From positions 1,120,001 to 1,184,000 of the forward strand of contig OZ251459.1 in NCBI GenBank assembly GCA_965242525.1: a stretch of DNA of 64,000 nt, read 5' to 3'. A program made the position numbers and the translations under genes. Positions within the stretch are counted from its first letter, which is position 1. The number at the start of each line of letters is the position of its first letter. This document shows positions 55,923-64,000 of the stretch, piece after piece. The stretch comes from an uncultured Candidatus Binatia bacterium. Its GTDB lineage: Bacteria > Desulfobacterota > Binatia > UBA9968 > JAJDTQ01. The notes below the pieces were generated by a model. The model was not told the origin of the DNA. It was given only the letters and a program-made list of their open reading frames with translations, and did not search any database.

Positions 55923-57128
55923 ATGCTTGACAAGCTGTCCGTCAGAACCTTCAAGTCCCTGGAGGACGTTACGGTTGACCTTGGATGGGTCAACGTCTTC
56001 GTCGGCGCCAACGGAAGCGGAAAGAGCAACTTGCTGGAAGCCCTGGGGATCCTCTCCGCGGCCGCGGACGGCAAGGTTGACGACCAGGCATTGCTCGCTC
56101 GCGGCGTCCGTCCCGGTCTTCCCACACTCTACAAGTCCGCCTTTCCGGTCAAGTCCGGGAGGAGGATTCCTCCCCATCTGTATTTCGGCGTATGCAGCGC
56201 GCGATCTCAATACGAAGTCTCGCTACACAATCCCTTGAAGGATCCTAAACCCGCCTGGAGATTCAAGACGGAGTTATGGAAAGAGGACGACAACACGCTG
56301 GTCGGACGCTCACCTGCCCAAAAACCCAAGAACGATCAACCCAAGACCAATCCTGAACGAGGACTGGCTGCGCTGAAGGCAGTGGAAGTCTCTGCAGGAC
56401 CCGCGCTCGATCTTCTCAGAACGCTGCAAGGCTACGTCATATTTTCACCGACCACTGCGGTCTTGCGCGGTGTTGCGCCGGAAACACAGCCAAGACAGCC
56501 GGTGGGCCTGTCCGGAGGAAATCTTCCACGAGCCATTCTGGAACTGCTCAGGCAGCGCAAACGGGACGACCGCAGTCGGCGGATTTGCCGGGAGGTGCTG
56601 GGACTCGTCGATTGGGCCGAGAGTTTCGGTTGGGCCTCTTCCGACCGACTACCGCTCTCTCCGAGTGCGGTGGCTTCGAGAGACGCAATCCGGTTTCGTG
56701 ACCGGTTCATGCGCAAGGACCGAAACGTCCTGTCCGGTTATGACGCTTCCGAAGGCGCCTTGTATGCCCTGTTCCTCGCGGTGGTTTCCGGACACGAAGC
56801 AAGTCCCGCGCTTTGCGCCGTGGACAACGCGGACCATGGACTGAACCCCAGGCTAGCCCGGTCTCTGATGGAGCGCCTGTGTCAATGGTATCTGGACTCG
56901 AGCCAGCCACGCCAGATCCTGCTGACCACGCACAACCCGTTGGTCCTGGACGGTCTGCCGTTGCAGGACGACCGCGTGCGGCTGTTTACCGTTTCCAGGA
57001 CCGCTTCGGGCCGTACCTCGGTCCGTCGTGTGGTCGTCGATGACCGTCTGCTGGAGAGAGCGGATCAAGGTTGGCCCTTGTCTCGACTGTGGGTGAGGGG
57101 AGACCTTGGAGGCGTTCCCAATGTCTGA
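55923..57128 (+). CDS. ABC-type (AAA_15/AAA_21-like) ATPase, putative defence component
   Basis: FKSL, NVFVGANGSGKSNLLEAL, ASEG signature, VDNADHGLNP Walker B/D-loop, LTTHNP, C-terminal LW..GDLGGVP. Confidence 0.88.
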   Translation: MLDKLSVRTFKSLEDVTVDLGWVNVFVGANGSGKSNLLEALGILSAAADGKVDDQALLARGVRPGLPTLYKSAFPVKSGRRIPPHLYFGVCSARSQYEVSLHNPLKDPKPAWRFKTELWKEDDNTLVGRSPAQKPKNDQPKTNPERGLAALKAVEVSAGPALDLLRTLQGYVIFSPTTAVLRGVAPETQPRQPVGLSGGNLPRAILELLRQRKRDDRSRRICREVLGLVDWAESFGWASSDRLPLSPSAVASRDAIRFRDRFMRKDRNVLSGYDASEGALYALFLAVVSGHEASPALCAVDNADHGLNPRLARSLMERLCQWYLDSSQPRQILLTTHNPLVLDGLPLQDDRVRLFTVSRTASGRTSVRRVVVDDRLLERADQGWPLSRLWVRGDLGGVPNV

Positions 57129-57831
57129 GCCGTTGCGTATCGCGATTGTCGTCGAAGGACCCACCGACGAAATCGTGCTCAAGGCGGTCCTGGAAGCCCT
57201 GCTGCCGGATACGGATTTCGAGTTTCAGACGTTGCAGCCGGAGGGATCCGTTGCTTTCGGCTCTGCACCGTCCAGCGGAACGGGCGGGGGATGGGCCGGA
57301 GTCTATCGTTGGAGCCGTCAAGCGGTCTCCGAGGGCGGCGGTTCGGTGTCCGGTTCTTTGGCGCTGTTGAATCATGACGTGTTGATCGTGCACGTAGATG
57401 CGGACGTGGCGGGCAAGACGTACGCCGACGGCAAGATTCGAGACGCACCGTGCGAGGACTTGCCTTGCGAACAACCCTGCCCGCCGCCGCATGAAACCAC
57501 CAACGCCCTGCGAACGGTAGTCCTCAACTGGCTTGGCGAGCATGAACGTCCGCCGCGGATCGTCTTGTGCACGCCTTCGAAGAGCATCGAAGCCTGGGTG
57601 CTTGCCGCAATCTGTCCGAAGAACAACGTGGTCCGGCGAAACGATTGGGAGTGCCGCCCCAACCCGGAAGGCCAACTCGCAGCCTTGCCCATACACCAGC
57701 GGTTCAGGAAACGCCCGGAGGACTATCGAGGCAAGCAAGCCGAAATCACGGAGGCGTGGCCGAAAGTCTCCGCAAGGCTGACGGAGGCAGCGCGCTTCGA
57801 AGTGGAATTCCTTGCCGCGGTTCCTGCTTGA
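57121..57831 (+). CDS. TOPRIM-like protein (DUF4276/RloB/DUF4435-like), putative nuclease partner of the ATPase
   Basis: IAIVVEGPTDE, LIVHVDAD, SIEAWVLA; 8-nt overlap with the ATPase gene. Confidence 0.72.
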   Translation: MSEPLRIAIVVEGPTDEIVLKAVLEALLPDTDFEFQTLQPEGSVAFGSAPSSGTGGGWAGVYRWSRQAVSEGGGSVSGSLALLNHDVLIVHVDADVAGKTYADGKIRDAPCEDLPCEQPCPPPHETTNALRTVVLNWLGEHERPPRIVLCTPSKSIEAWVLAAICPKNNVVRRNDWECRPNPEGQLAALPIHQRFRKRPEDYRGKQAEITEAWPKVSARLTEAARFEVEFLAAVPA

Positions 57832-57860
57832 GTTTCGGCATGTAACATCCTGCAACCAAT

Positions 57861-57953
57861 TGGATTCCCGCTTTCGCGGGAATGACGGGGTGGGCGTCCG
57901 CGATAAGGACGGGAGGTGGGCGTCGGAGGAAACGACGGGGTGGGGCGTCCGCG
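57861..57953. repeat. REP-like palindrome (57861-57887) followed by three degenerate direct repeats
   Basis: attcccgc-tttc-gcgggaat hairpin ending in gacg; then gacgggg(t)gggcgtccgcga-like unit three times. Confidence 0.75.
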
Positions 57954-58089
57954 ACGCCAAACCGAGGGCGGCATGGTCGGAATGGGAGGGAAGCGGACCT
58001 CATCGCGTGGGAGGGTGGGGTCACAACCCACACCAAACCCTGAAGCCCCGAGACGAACGAATACGCCGGGCGTGGACCCGCGGCGCGGG

Positions 58090-59070
58090 TCAGTCCCGCA
58101 CCAGCGGCAGGACCTCGGTGACGAAACGGCGGATCTGGGCCGATTGGTCGTGGGCGGTGAAGCGCAGGACCGGGGTGGTGACGCCCATGTCCAGCCACTC
58201 CCTGACCAGGGCCGCGCATTCCTCGGGGGGGCCGTGGGCGAGCCAGAGCCGGATGACGTCGTCGGTGGGCCAGGAGTCAGTGTAGTATTGGCGGAAGTAG
58301 TGCTTCGATTCCTCCCAGGCCGCGGCCTTGTCGTCGTTGACGTTGACCATGGCGTGGAGGCAGGTCTCGAACCGGCCCAGGTCCCGGCCCCGCCGGGCGG
58401 CCTCTTCCTGCAGGAAGTCCCAACGGCGGCGGAACTCGTCCGGGGCCACCGCGTCGGTCATGTAGCCGTCGCCCAGGCGCACGACCCGCTCCAGGGCGCG
58501 CTTCACCAGGGGGCCGTCGGCCAGGGGCCGCCGGGGGTTGACCGCGATCCAGATGGGGCAGGGGCGTTGCACCGGCTTGGGCAGGACGTCGTAGTCCTCC
58601 AGTGTGTAGAAGCGCCCCCGGTGGCGCACCTTTCCCTCGCTCCACAACGCGCGCAGCAAGGCCACCCCTTCCTCCAGCCGCGGGACCCGCTCGCCGGAGG
58701 TCTGCCCGAAGGCCCGGAGCTCGGGCTCGTGGCCGCCGCCGATGCACGCCCCGAGCACCGTGCGGCCGCCGGACACGTGGTCCAGGCTGGCCCACTGGAT
58801 GGCCAGCTCCACGGGATGGCGCAACGGAAAGGTGGCCATGCAGATGGTGCCCAGCCGCACCCGGCGGGTGCGCGCGGCGAGGTTCGACAGCATGACGATG
58901 GAGTCCATGCGGGGCTTGTGGATGAAGCTGTCGCCGACCCACACGGACTCGAAGGCGCCGGACTCCTCGGCTAGGGCCGCGGCCTCGAACAGGTCGTCCA
59001 CCGTGGCGAGACCGAACAGGACCCCGCGGTTCGGAAGGCTGAGGCCCCATCTCGTCGGCAGGTCGCGCAT
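58090..59070 (-). CDS. LLM class flavin-dependent oxidoreductase (alternative start at 59100)
   Basis: AEESGAFESVWVGDS, AARTRRVRLGT, RHPVELA...ASLDHVSGGR, PKPVQRPCPIWIA. Confidence 0.93.
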   Translation of the reverse strand: MRDLPTRWGLSLPNRGVLFGLATVDDLFEAAALAEESGAFESVWVGDSFIHKPRMDSIVMLSNLAARTRRVRLGTICMATFPLRHPVELAIQWASLDHVSGGRTVLGACIGGGHEPELRAFGQTSGERVPRLEEGVALLRALWSEGKVRHRGRFYTLEDYDVLPKPVQRPCPIWIAVNPRRPLADGPLVKRALERVVRLGDGYMTDAVAPDEFRRRWDFLQEEAARRGRDLGRFETCLHAMVNVNDDKAAAWEESKHYFRQYYTDSWPTDDVIRLWLAHGPPEECAALVREWLDMGVTTPVLRFTAHDQSAQIRRFVTEVLPLVRD

Positions 59071-59348
59071 GGTTCCGGTCACCCGGAGCCTGTCTAACAT
59101 CAAACGGCGCCCAAGCGGAAGCCGCTTCGAGGAATACCCGACGGCCGGTATCCGTTTCGCTCCGCTCCGGTCCGCGGCGCATGGCCCGGGAGCCTCGGAA
59201 ACTCGGTTTGCATTCCAGACCGGAGGCGGGTAGGGTGCAGGCTTTCTTGGTCTGTCGGACGAGGAAGGGGAGACGGTCCTCCCCCGCGCGGCCGTTCCAG
59301 GACCGCGCCGGACGGCTCCGACAGTCGCTTCAACCGGAGGTTGCATCC

Positions 59349-61070
59349 ATGAATGACAAGAAGGTTCTGAACCGGGACCCGCGGCGTTACACGTTGCCGT
59401 CGGAGCGCGCCCGCGGGGCGGACACGCACGGTTATCTGCCGGAGCTTTGCGACCAACTCGAGACCGGCAAGATCACCCGGCGCGACTTCCTGCGCCAGGC
59501 CGCGCTCCTGGGCGTGGCCGCGGGCGCGGCCTATGCCGCGGCGAACCAGCTCGTGGGCGGCGCCCTGGTCGAGTCCGCTTCCGCGGCGACCCCGAAGCCC
59601 GGCGGGACCCTGAGGGTCTCCATGCGCATGCAGCAGATGACCGACCCGGCGACTTTCGACTGGGTCGAGAAGTCCAACGTCGCTCGGTTCGTGGTCGAGC
59701 ACCTGACCCGGACCCGGTCGGACAACGTGACGGTCCCCTACCTGGCTCGGAAGTGGGAAGCGTCGGACGACCTCAAGACCTGGGTGTTCCATCTGCGGGA
59801 CGACGTCACCTGGTCCAACGGCGACAGGTTCACCAGCGCGGACGTGGCCCACACGGTCAACCGCTGGCTGGACCCGGCCACCGGCTCCTCGAACCTGGGC
59901 CTCTTCGGCGCCATGGTGGAGGTGGGCGCCGACGGCAAGAAGCGCGGCATCGCCAACGCGGTGGAGGTCATCGACGACCACACCGTCAAGTTCAACCTGA
60001 AGCAGGCCACCCTGGCCATGCCGGAGAACTTCTACAACTACCCCACCGCCATCGTGCACCGGGGCTTCGGCAAGGACTACGAGGCGGACCTGTCCAGGAA
60101 CCCCGTCGGCACCGGCCCCATGACCCTGGCCGACTTCGCCATCGGCGAGCGGGCGATCCTGAAGAAGGCGCGGCCCTGGTGGGCCGGACCCTTCTACCTG
60201 GACGAGATCCACTACTTCGACCACGGCGAGGACACCAACGCCTGGGTGGCGGCGCTGGCGTCCCAGCAGGTGGACATGGTCTATAGCGTGCCCAACACCG
60301 CCATCGACACCCTGAAGCGCCTGCCGTTCGTGAACATCCACGAGGCGAGCACCGCGCAGACCGCGGTCATGCGCTTCCGCATCACCCACAAGCCCTTCGA
60401 CGACCTCAGGGTGCGCCAGGCCGTCGCCGCGTGCATGGACCACAAGGATATCCTGGACAAGGCGTACAAGGGCCTGGGGCAGGTGGCCGAGAACCACCAC
60501 GTCTGTCCCATCCACCCGGACTACGCGCCGCTGCCGCCGCTCAAGCGGGACGTGGACCTGGCGAAGAAGCTGCTGGCGGAAGCCGGTTTCGGCAAGGGCC
60601 TGACCCTGGAGATCGCCAACGGGGACTCCGAAGGACCGTGGATGACCGACGCCCTGGCGGTCTTCAAGAACCAGTTGGCCCCCGCAGGGATCACCCTGAA
60701 CATCAACAAGATGCCCACCAACCAGTACTGGGAGGTGTGGGACAAGGCGCCCTGGGGCTACACCGCGTGGACCCATCGTCCGCTCGGCACCATGGTGCTC
60801 GGCCTGGGCTACCGCTCCGGCGTGCCCTGGAACGAGACCGCCTACAACAACCCGAAGTTCGACGCCGCCCTCGACGACGCCGAGGGCACCCTGGACGTGA
60901 ACGAACGCAAGAAGAAGATGGCGGTCTGCGAGAAGATCCTCCAGGACGACGCCATCATCCCGCAGCCCTTCTGGCGCTCGATCTTCAAGGCGTCCAACAA
61001 GCGGGTCAAGGGTTTCCGACCCCATCCCACGCGATACCACCAGTTCGACACCGTGTGGCTGGAAGGCTAG
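59349..61070 (+). CDS. Peptide/nickel-type ABC transporter substrate-binding protein (family 5), Tat signal
   Basis: TRRDFLR twin-arginine; PKPGGTLR, F.LR.DV.WSNG..FT.ADV, PVGTGP, PFDDLRVRQA, AKKLLAEAG. Confidence 0.94.
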   Translation: MNDKKVLNRDPRRYTLPSERARGADTHGYLPELCDQLETGKITRRDFLRQAALLGVAAGAAYAAANQLVGGALVESASAATPKPGGTLRVSMRMQQMTDPATFDWVEKSNVARFVVEHLTRTRSDNVTVPYLARKWEASDDLKTWVFHLRDDVTWSNGDRFTSADVAHTVNRWLDPATGSSNLGLFGAMVEVGADGKKRGIANAVEVIDDHTVKFNLKQATLAMPENFYNYPTAIVHRGFGKDYEADLSRNPVGTGPMTLADFAIGERAILKKARPWWAGPFYLDEIHYFDHGEDTNAWVAALASQQVDMVYSVPNTAIDTLKRLPFVNIHEASTAQTAVMRFRITHKPFDDLRVRQAVAACMDHKDILDKAYKGLGQVAENHHVCPIHPDYAPLPPLKRDVDLAKKLLAEAGFGKGLTLEIANGDSEGPWMTDALAVFKNQLAPAGITLNINKMPTNQYWEVWDKAPWGYTAWTHRPLGTMVLGLGYRSGVPWNETAYNNPKFDAALDDAEGTLDVNERKKKMAVCEKILQDDAIIPQPFWRSIFKASNKRVKGFRPHPTRYHQFDTVWLEG

Positions 61071-61090
61071 GACCCCGTCCGGGCGCGCGC

Positions 61091-61120
61091 CGGCGCGGGG
61101 GTCCCGTGACCCCCGCGCCG
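61091..61120 (+). other. Perfect 13-bp GC stem-loop between the substrate-binding and permease genes
   Basis: cggcgcgggggtc-ccgt-gacccccgcgccg; no U-tract, so more likely an mRNA-stabilising hairpin than a terminator. Confidence 0.7.
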
Positions 61121-61167
61121 CGGGCGCTCCGCCTGCGCCGGACATGGACTGAACACGGGAGACGGAC

Positions 61168-62100
61168 ATGCTGCAACTGATCCTGCGCCGCGTCGGCATG
61201 ATGATCCTCATCATGCTGGTGGTGGCGCTGCTCCTGTTCCTTATGAACGAGGGCGACCCACGGCTCATCGCGCGTAGCGTCCTCGGCCCCTACGCCCTGG
61301 ACCAGCAACTGGACGCCTGGATCGTCCAGCACGGCTACGACCGTCCGCTCCTGGTCCGTTACGTGGACTGGATCGCCCGCGTGCTGTCCGGGGACCTGGG
61401 CGACTCCATCATCTACAAACGCCCGGTGAACGAGATCTTCTGGGGGCGGCTGGCCAACACCGGCATCCTCGCCGGCGTCACCTTCGTGGTCATGGTGGTG
61501 GTGGCCCTGACCCTGGGGGTGCTGGCCGGCATGAAGGAGGGCTCGGTCCAGGACCGGGTGATCTCGGTGTTCTCCATCACCACCACCTCCATCCCGGAGT
61601 ACGCCAGCGCGGTGCTGCTGGCCTGGGTCTTCGTCTTCGGGCTCGGCTGGCTGCCCGGCACTTCGTCCATGACCGCGGGGTTCAACGTGGTGGAGCTGAT
61701 CCTTCCGGTGATGGTGCTCACCCTCTACGGTTTCGGCTACGTGGCGCGCATGACCCGGGCCTCCATGGCCGAGGTGATGACCAACCACTACATCCGCACC
61801 GCCATGCTCAAGGGCCTGCCCTACCGCCACATCATCATGAAGCACGCCCTGCGGAACGCGCTGATCGCCCCGTTCACGGTGATCATGCTCCAGATCAACT
61901 GGCTCCTGTCCGGGGTGGTGGTGACGGAGTTCGCCTTCGGCTACAAGGGGTTCGGCGCGCTGTTGCTGGAAGCGGCGCTGCGCCGGGACATCTTCGTGAT
62001 CGAGGCGTGCGGCATCGCCGCGGTGTTCGTGGCGGTCTTCACCCAGACCATCGGCGACGTGGGATACACCTACCTGAACCCGAGGATCCGCTTCAAGTGA
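61168..62100 (+). CDS. Peptide ABC transporter permease (DppB/OppB-like)
   Basis: GDLGDS, SIPEY, YIRTAMLKGL, HALRNAL, LNPRIR. Confidence 0.94.
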   Translation: MLQLILRRVGMMILIMLVVALLLFLMNEGDPRLIARSVLGPYALDQQLDAWIVQHGYDRPLLVRYVDWIARVLSGDLGDSIIYKRPVNEIFWGRLANTGILAGVTFVVMVVVALTLGVLAGMKEGSVQDRVISVFSITTTSIPEYASAVLLAWVFVFGLGWLPGTSSMTAGFNVVELILPVMVLTLYGFGYVARMTRASMAEVMTNHYIRTAMLKGLPYRHIIMKHALRNALIAPFTVIMLQINWLLSGVVVTEFAFGYKGFGALLLEAALRRDIFVIEACGIAAVFVAVFTQTIGDVGYTYLNPRIRFK

Positions 62101-62109
62101 GGAGGCGCA

Positions 62110-63003
62110 ATGGCTGAAAAAACCGACGATTTGCCTCTCGTCAGGCCGGATTCGACCATACTGAGCGCGGTCAAGTCCGTGGCCCTCCTGCGGGAGAGCC
62201 CGGTGGGCATGATCGGCGCCGGCATCGTGATCTTCTTCGTGCTGCTGTCGGTCTTCGCGCCGCTGGCGGCGCCCTACGACCCCAACGCCACCATCCTGCC
62301 CTTCGCCTTGCCGGGGACCGCGGCGCCGGACGGAGGCCTGTTCCTGCTCGGCACCGACCACCTGGGCCGCGACATCCTCTCGCGGGTCATCTGGGGCGGC
62401 CAGCGGGTGTTGTTCTACGCCACCGCGGCCACCGTCTCCGCCTATATCGTCGGCGTCGCCATGGGGCTGGCCGCGGGTTACTTCCGCGGCTACCTGGACG
62501 AGGTGATCTCGTTCTTCGCCAACGTCATACTCTCGTTCCCCATCATGGTCCTGTACGTGCTGATCATCGCCAAGGTGGGCGCGTCGGGCCTGAACATCAT
62601 CTTCGCCGTGGTCTTCGCTTCCTCGCCGGGCATCATGCGCATCGTGCGCGGCGTCACCATGGACATCGCCACCCGGGACTACATCGCCGCGTCCCAGACC
62701 CGGGGCGAGGGGCCGTGGTACATCATGCTGGTGGAGATCCTGCCCAACGCCCGCAGCCCGTTGATCGTCGATTTCTGCCTGCGCATGGGCTACACCACCA
62801 TCACCATCGGGGCGCTGGGCTTCCTGGGCCTCGGGCTGCCGCCGCCGGACCCCGACTGGGGCGGCATGATTACCGAGACCCGCGTCTTCGTCACCGGCGG
62901 GTTCCCCCACATGGCGATCCTGCCCGCGTGCGCGGTCTCCCTGCTGGTGCTGGGGTTCAACCTGCTGGCGGACGGACTGCGCGAAGTGTCCCTGAAGGAC
63001 TAG
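62110..63003 (+). CDS. Peptide ABC transporter permease (DppC/OppC-like)
   Basis: LGTDHLGRDILSRVIWG, EILPN, LGFLGLGLPPPDPDWG, FNLLADGLR. Confidence 0.94.
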   Translation: MAEKTDDLPLVRPDSTILSAVKSVALLRESPVGMIGAGIVIFFVLLSVFAPLAAPYDPNATILPFALPGTAAPDGGLFLLGTDHLGRDILSRVIWGGQRVLFYATAATVSAYIVGVAMGLAAGYFRGYLDEVISFFANVILSFPIMVLYVLIIAKVGASGLNIIFAVVFASSPGIMRIVRGVTMDIATRDYIAASQTRGEGPWYIMLVEILPNARSPLIVDFCLRMGYTTITIGALGFLGLGLPPPDPDWGGMITETRVFVTGGFPHMAILPACAVSLLVLGFNLLADGLREVSLKD

Positions 63004-63013
63004 GAGAACCGAG

Positions 63014-64000
63014 ATGGCCGATCACGAAAACGAGGCGCCGGTGCTGGAGATCTCCGGCCTGCGGCTCAGCTACTACACCCGGGCCGGGGAGGTCCCCGCG
63101 GTCATGGACTTCGACCTCACCATCCGGAAAGGCGAGTCCGTGGGCCTGGTGGGCGAGTCCGGCTGCGGCAAATCCACGGTGGCCAACGGCATCATGCGCT
63201 ACATGGGCAAGAACGGCGGCATCGTCGGCGGCGCCATCCGGTTCAAGGGCCGGGACATGTCCGAGCTGACCGAAGAGGAGATGCGGCGCATCCGCGGCAA
63301 GGACATCGCCATGATCTACCAGGAGCCCATGGCCGCGCTCAACCCGAGCCTGACCATCGCCGCCCAGCTCATGGAAGTGCCCATGATCCACGAGGGAGTG
63401 GGGGAGGAGGAGGCGTTCCAGCGCTCCTTCGACATGCTGTCCTCGGTGAACATCCCGGACCCGAAACGGTTGATGGACTCCTATCCGCACCAGGTGTCGG
63501 GGGGCCAGCAGCAGCGGGTGGTCATCGCCATGGCGCTCTTGTCGAGGCCCTCCCTGCTGTTGCTGGACGAGCCCACCACCGCGCTGGACGTGACCGTGGA
63601 GGCGGGCATCGTCGAGCTCATCGCCGAGCTCAGCAAGGAGTCCGGCGCCTCCCTGCTCTACATCTCCCACAACCTCGGCCTGATGCTCGAGGTCTGCGAC
63701 CGCATCTGCGTCATGTACTCGGGCGAGGTGGTGGAGGAGGGCCATATCGACTCCATATTCTCCTGGCCCAAGCACCCCTACACCCACGGCCTGTTCGGCT
63801 GCATCCCGCTGCCCCACGCCGACAAGAACGCGCGCCCGCTCACCGCCATCCGGGGCCAGTTGCCGCTGCCGCACCAGCGGCCCGGCGGCTGCTACTTCGG
63901 CCCCCGCTGCAACTTCTTCGAGGCCGGGCGCTGCGACGACAACCACATCGCCATGGACGCGGTGCACACCGACGACGACCCGGCGCACCGGGTGCGCTGC
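63014..64000 (+). CDS. Peptide ABC transporter ATP-binding protein (DppD-like), truncated by the window end
   Basis: [52 protein letters not shown]. Confidence 0.93.
   Translation, partial: MADHENEAPVLEISGLRLSYYTRAGEVPAVMDFDLTIRKGESVGLVGESGCGKSTVANGIMRYMGKNGGIVGGAIRFKGRDMSELTEEEMRRIRGKDIAMIYQEPMAALNPSLTIAAQLMEVPMIHEGVGEEEAFQRSFDMLSSVNIPDPKRLMDSYPHQVSGGQQQRVVIAMALLSRPSLLLLDEPTTALDVTVEAGIVELIAELSKESGASLLYISHNLGLMLEVCDRICVMYSGEVVEEGHIDSIFSWPKHPYTHGLFGCIPLPHADKNARPLTAIRGQLPLPHQRPGGCYFGPRCNFFEAGRCDDNHIAMDAVHTDDDPAHRVRC

Noticed and set aside
61091-61120. Intrinsic terminator
   Set aside because: No U-tract and it lies inside an operon; kept only as a stabilising hairpin
1025-63988. Many long alternative-frame and antisense ORFs (e.g. 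1025-2983, 20821-23655, 20894-23638, 34011-36674, 59100-61268)
   Set aside because: Arg/Gly/Pro-rich shadow frames of well-supported genes, expected at this GC content, with no recognisable motifs

Overview
Very GC-rich bacterial chromosomal window with about 50 CDS and two tRNA-Arg genes (CCG at 3260-3334, CCT at 42369-42442). I saw no rRNA, CRISPR array, integrase or transposase. Housekeeping and envelope genes include gloB, arfB, sppA, pcs, a rhomboid protease and an AsmA/YhdP-like protein. Transport and catabolic genes include a BMP lipoprotein, a TctA-TctB fusion plus TctC, NitT/TauT-type and peptide-type ABC operons, a CoA-transferase/MaoC/two-flavoprotein operon, a divergent two-subunit Fe-S hydro-lyase, a UbiD-family decarboxylase and an LLM oxidoreductase. 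This gene mix recalls Deltaproteobacteria/Binatia-like genomes, but that is an impression and not a classification. There are two small defence-type islands: a Type III restriction-modification pair next to a clan AA aspartic protease, and an ABC-ATPase plus TOPRIM-like pair. The most unusual signals are: (1) four polytopic GT-C-like membrane proteins sharing five copies of a ~100-aa two-cysteine C-terminal domain I cannot assign, three of them close paralogs with patchy variable loops, one made by a 2.2-kb non-tandem duplication; (2) a modular repeat family whose 38-bp palindromic core occurs five times, once inside a 110-bp IS5-like MITE with perfect TIRs and a CTAA target duplication, once behind a 24-bp tandem expansion, and as an inverted pair around tRNA-Arg and a ferredoxin gene; (3) the ATPase-TOPRIM pair, with a D-N Walker B and a G-run tract abutting its promoter. 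All assignments come from motif recognition by eye. Start codons were adjusted manually from the ORF track.
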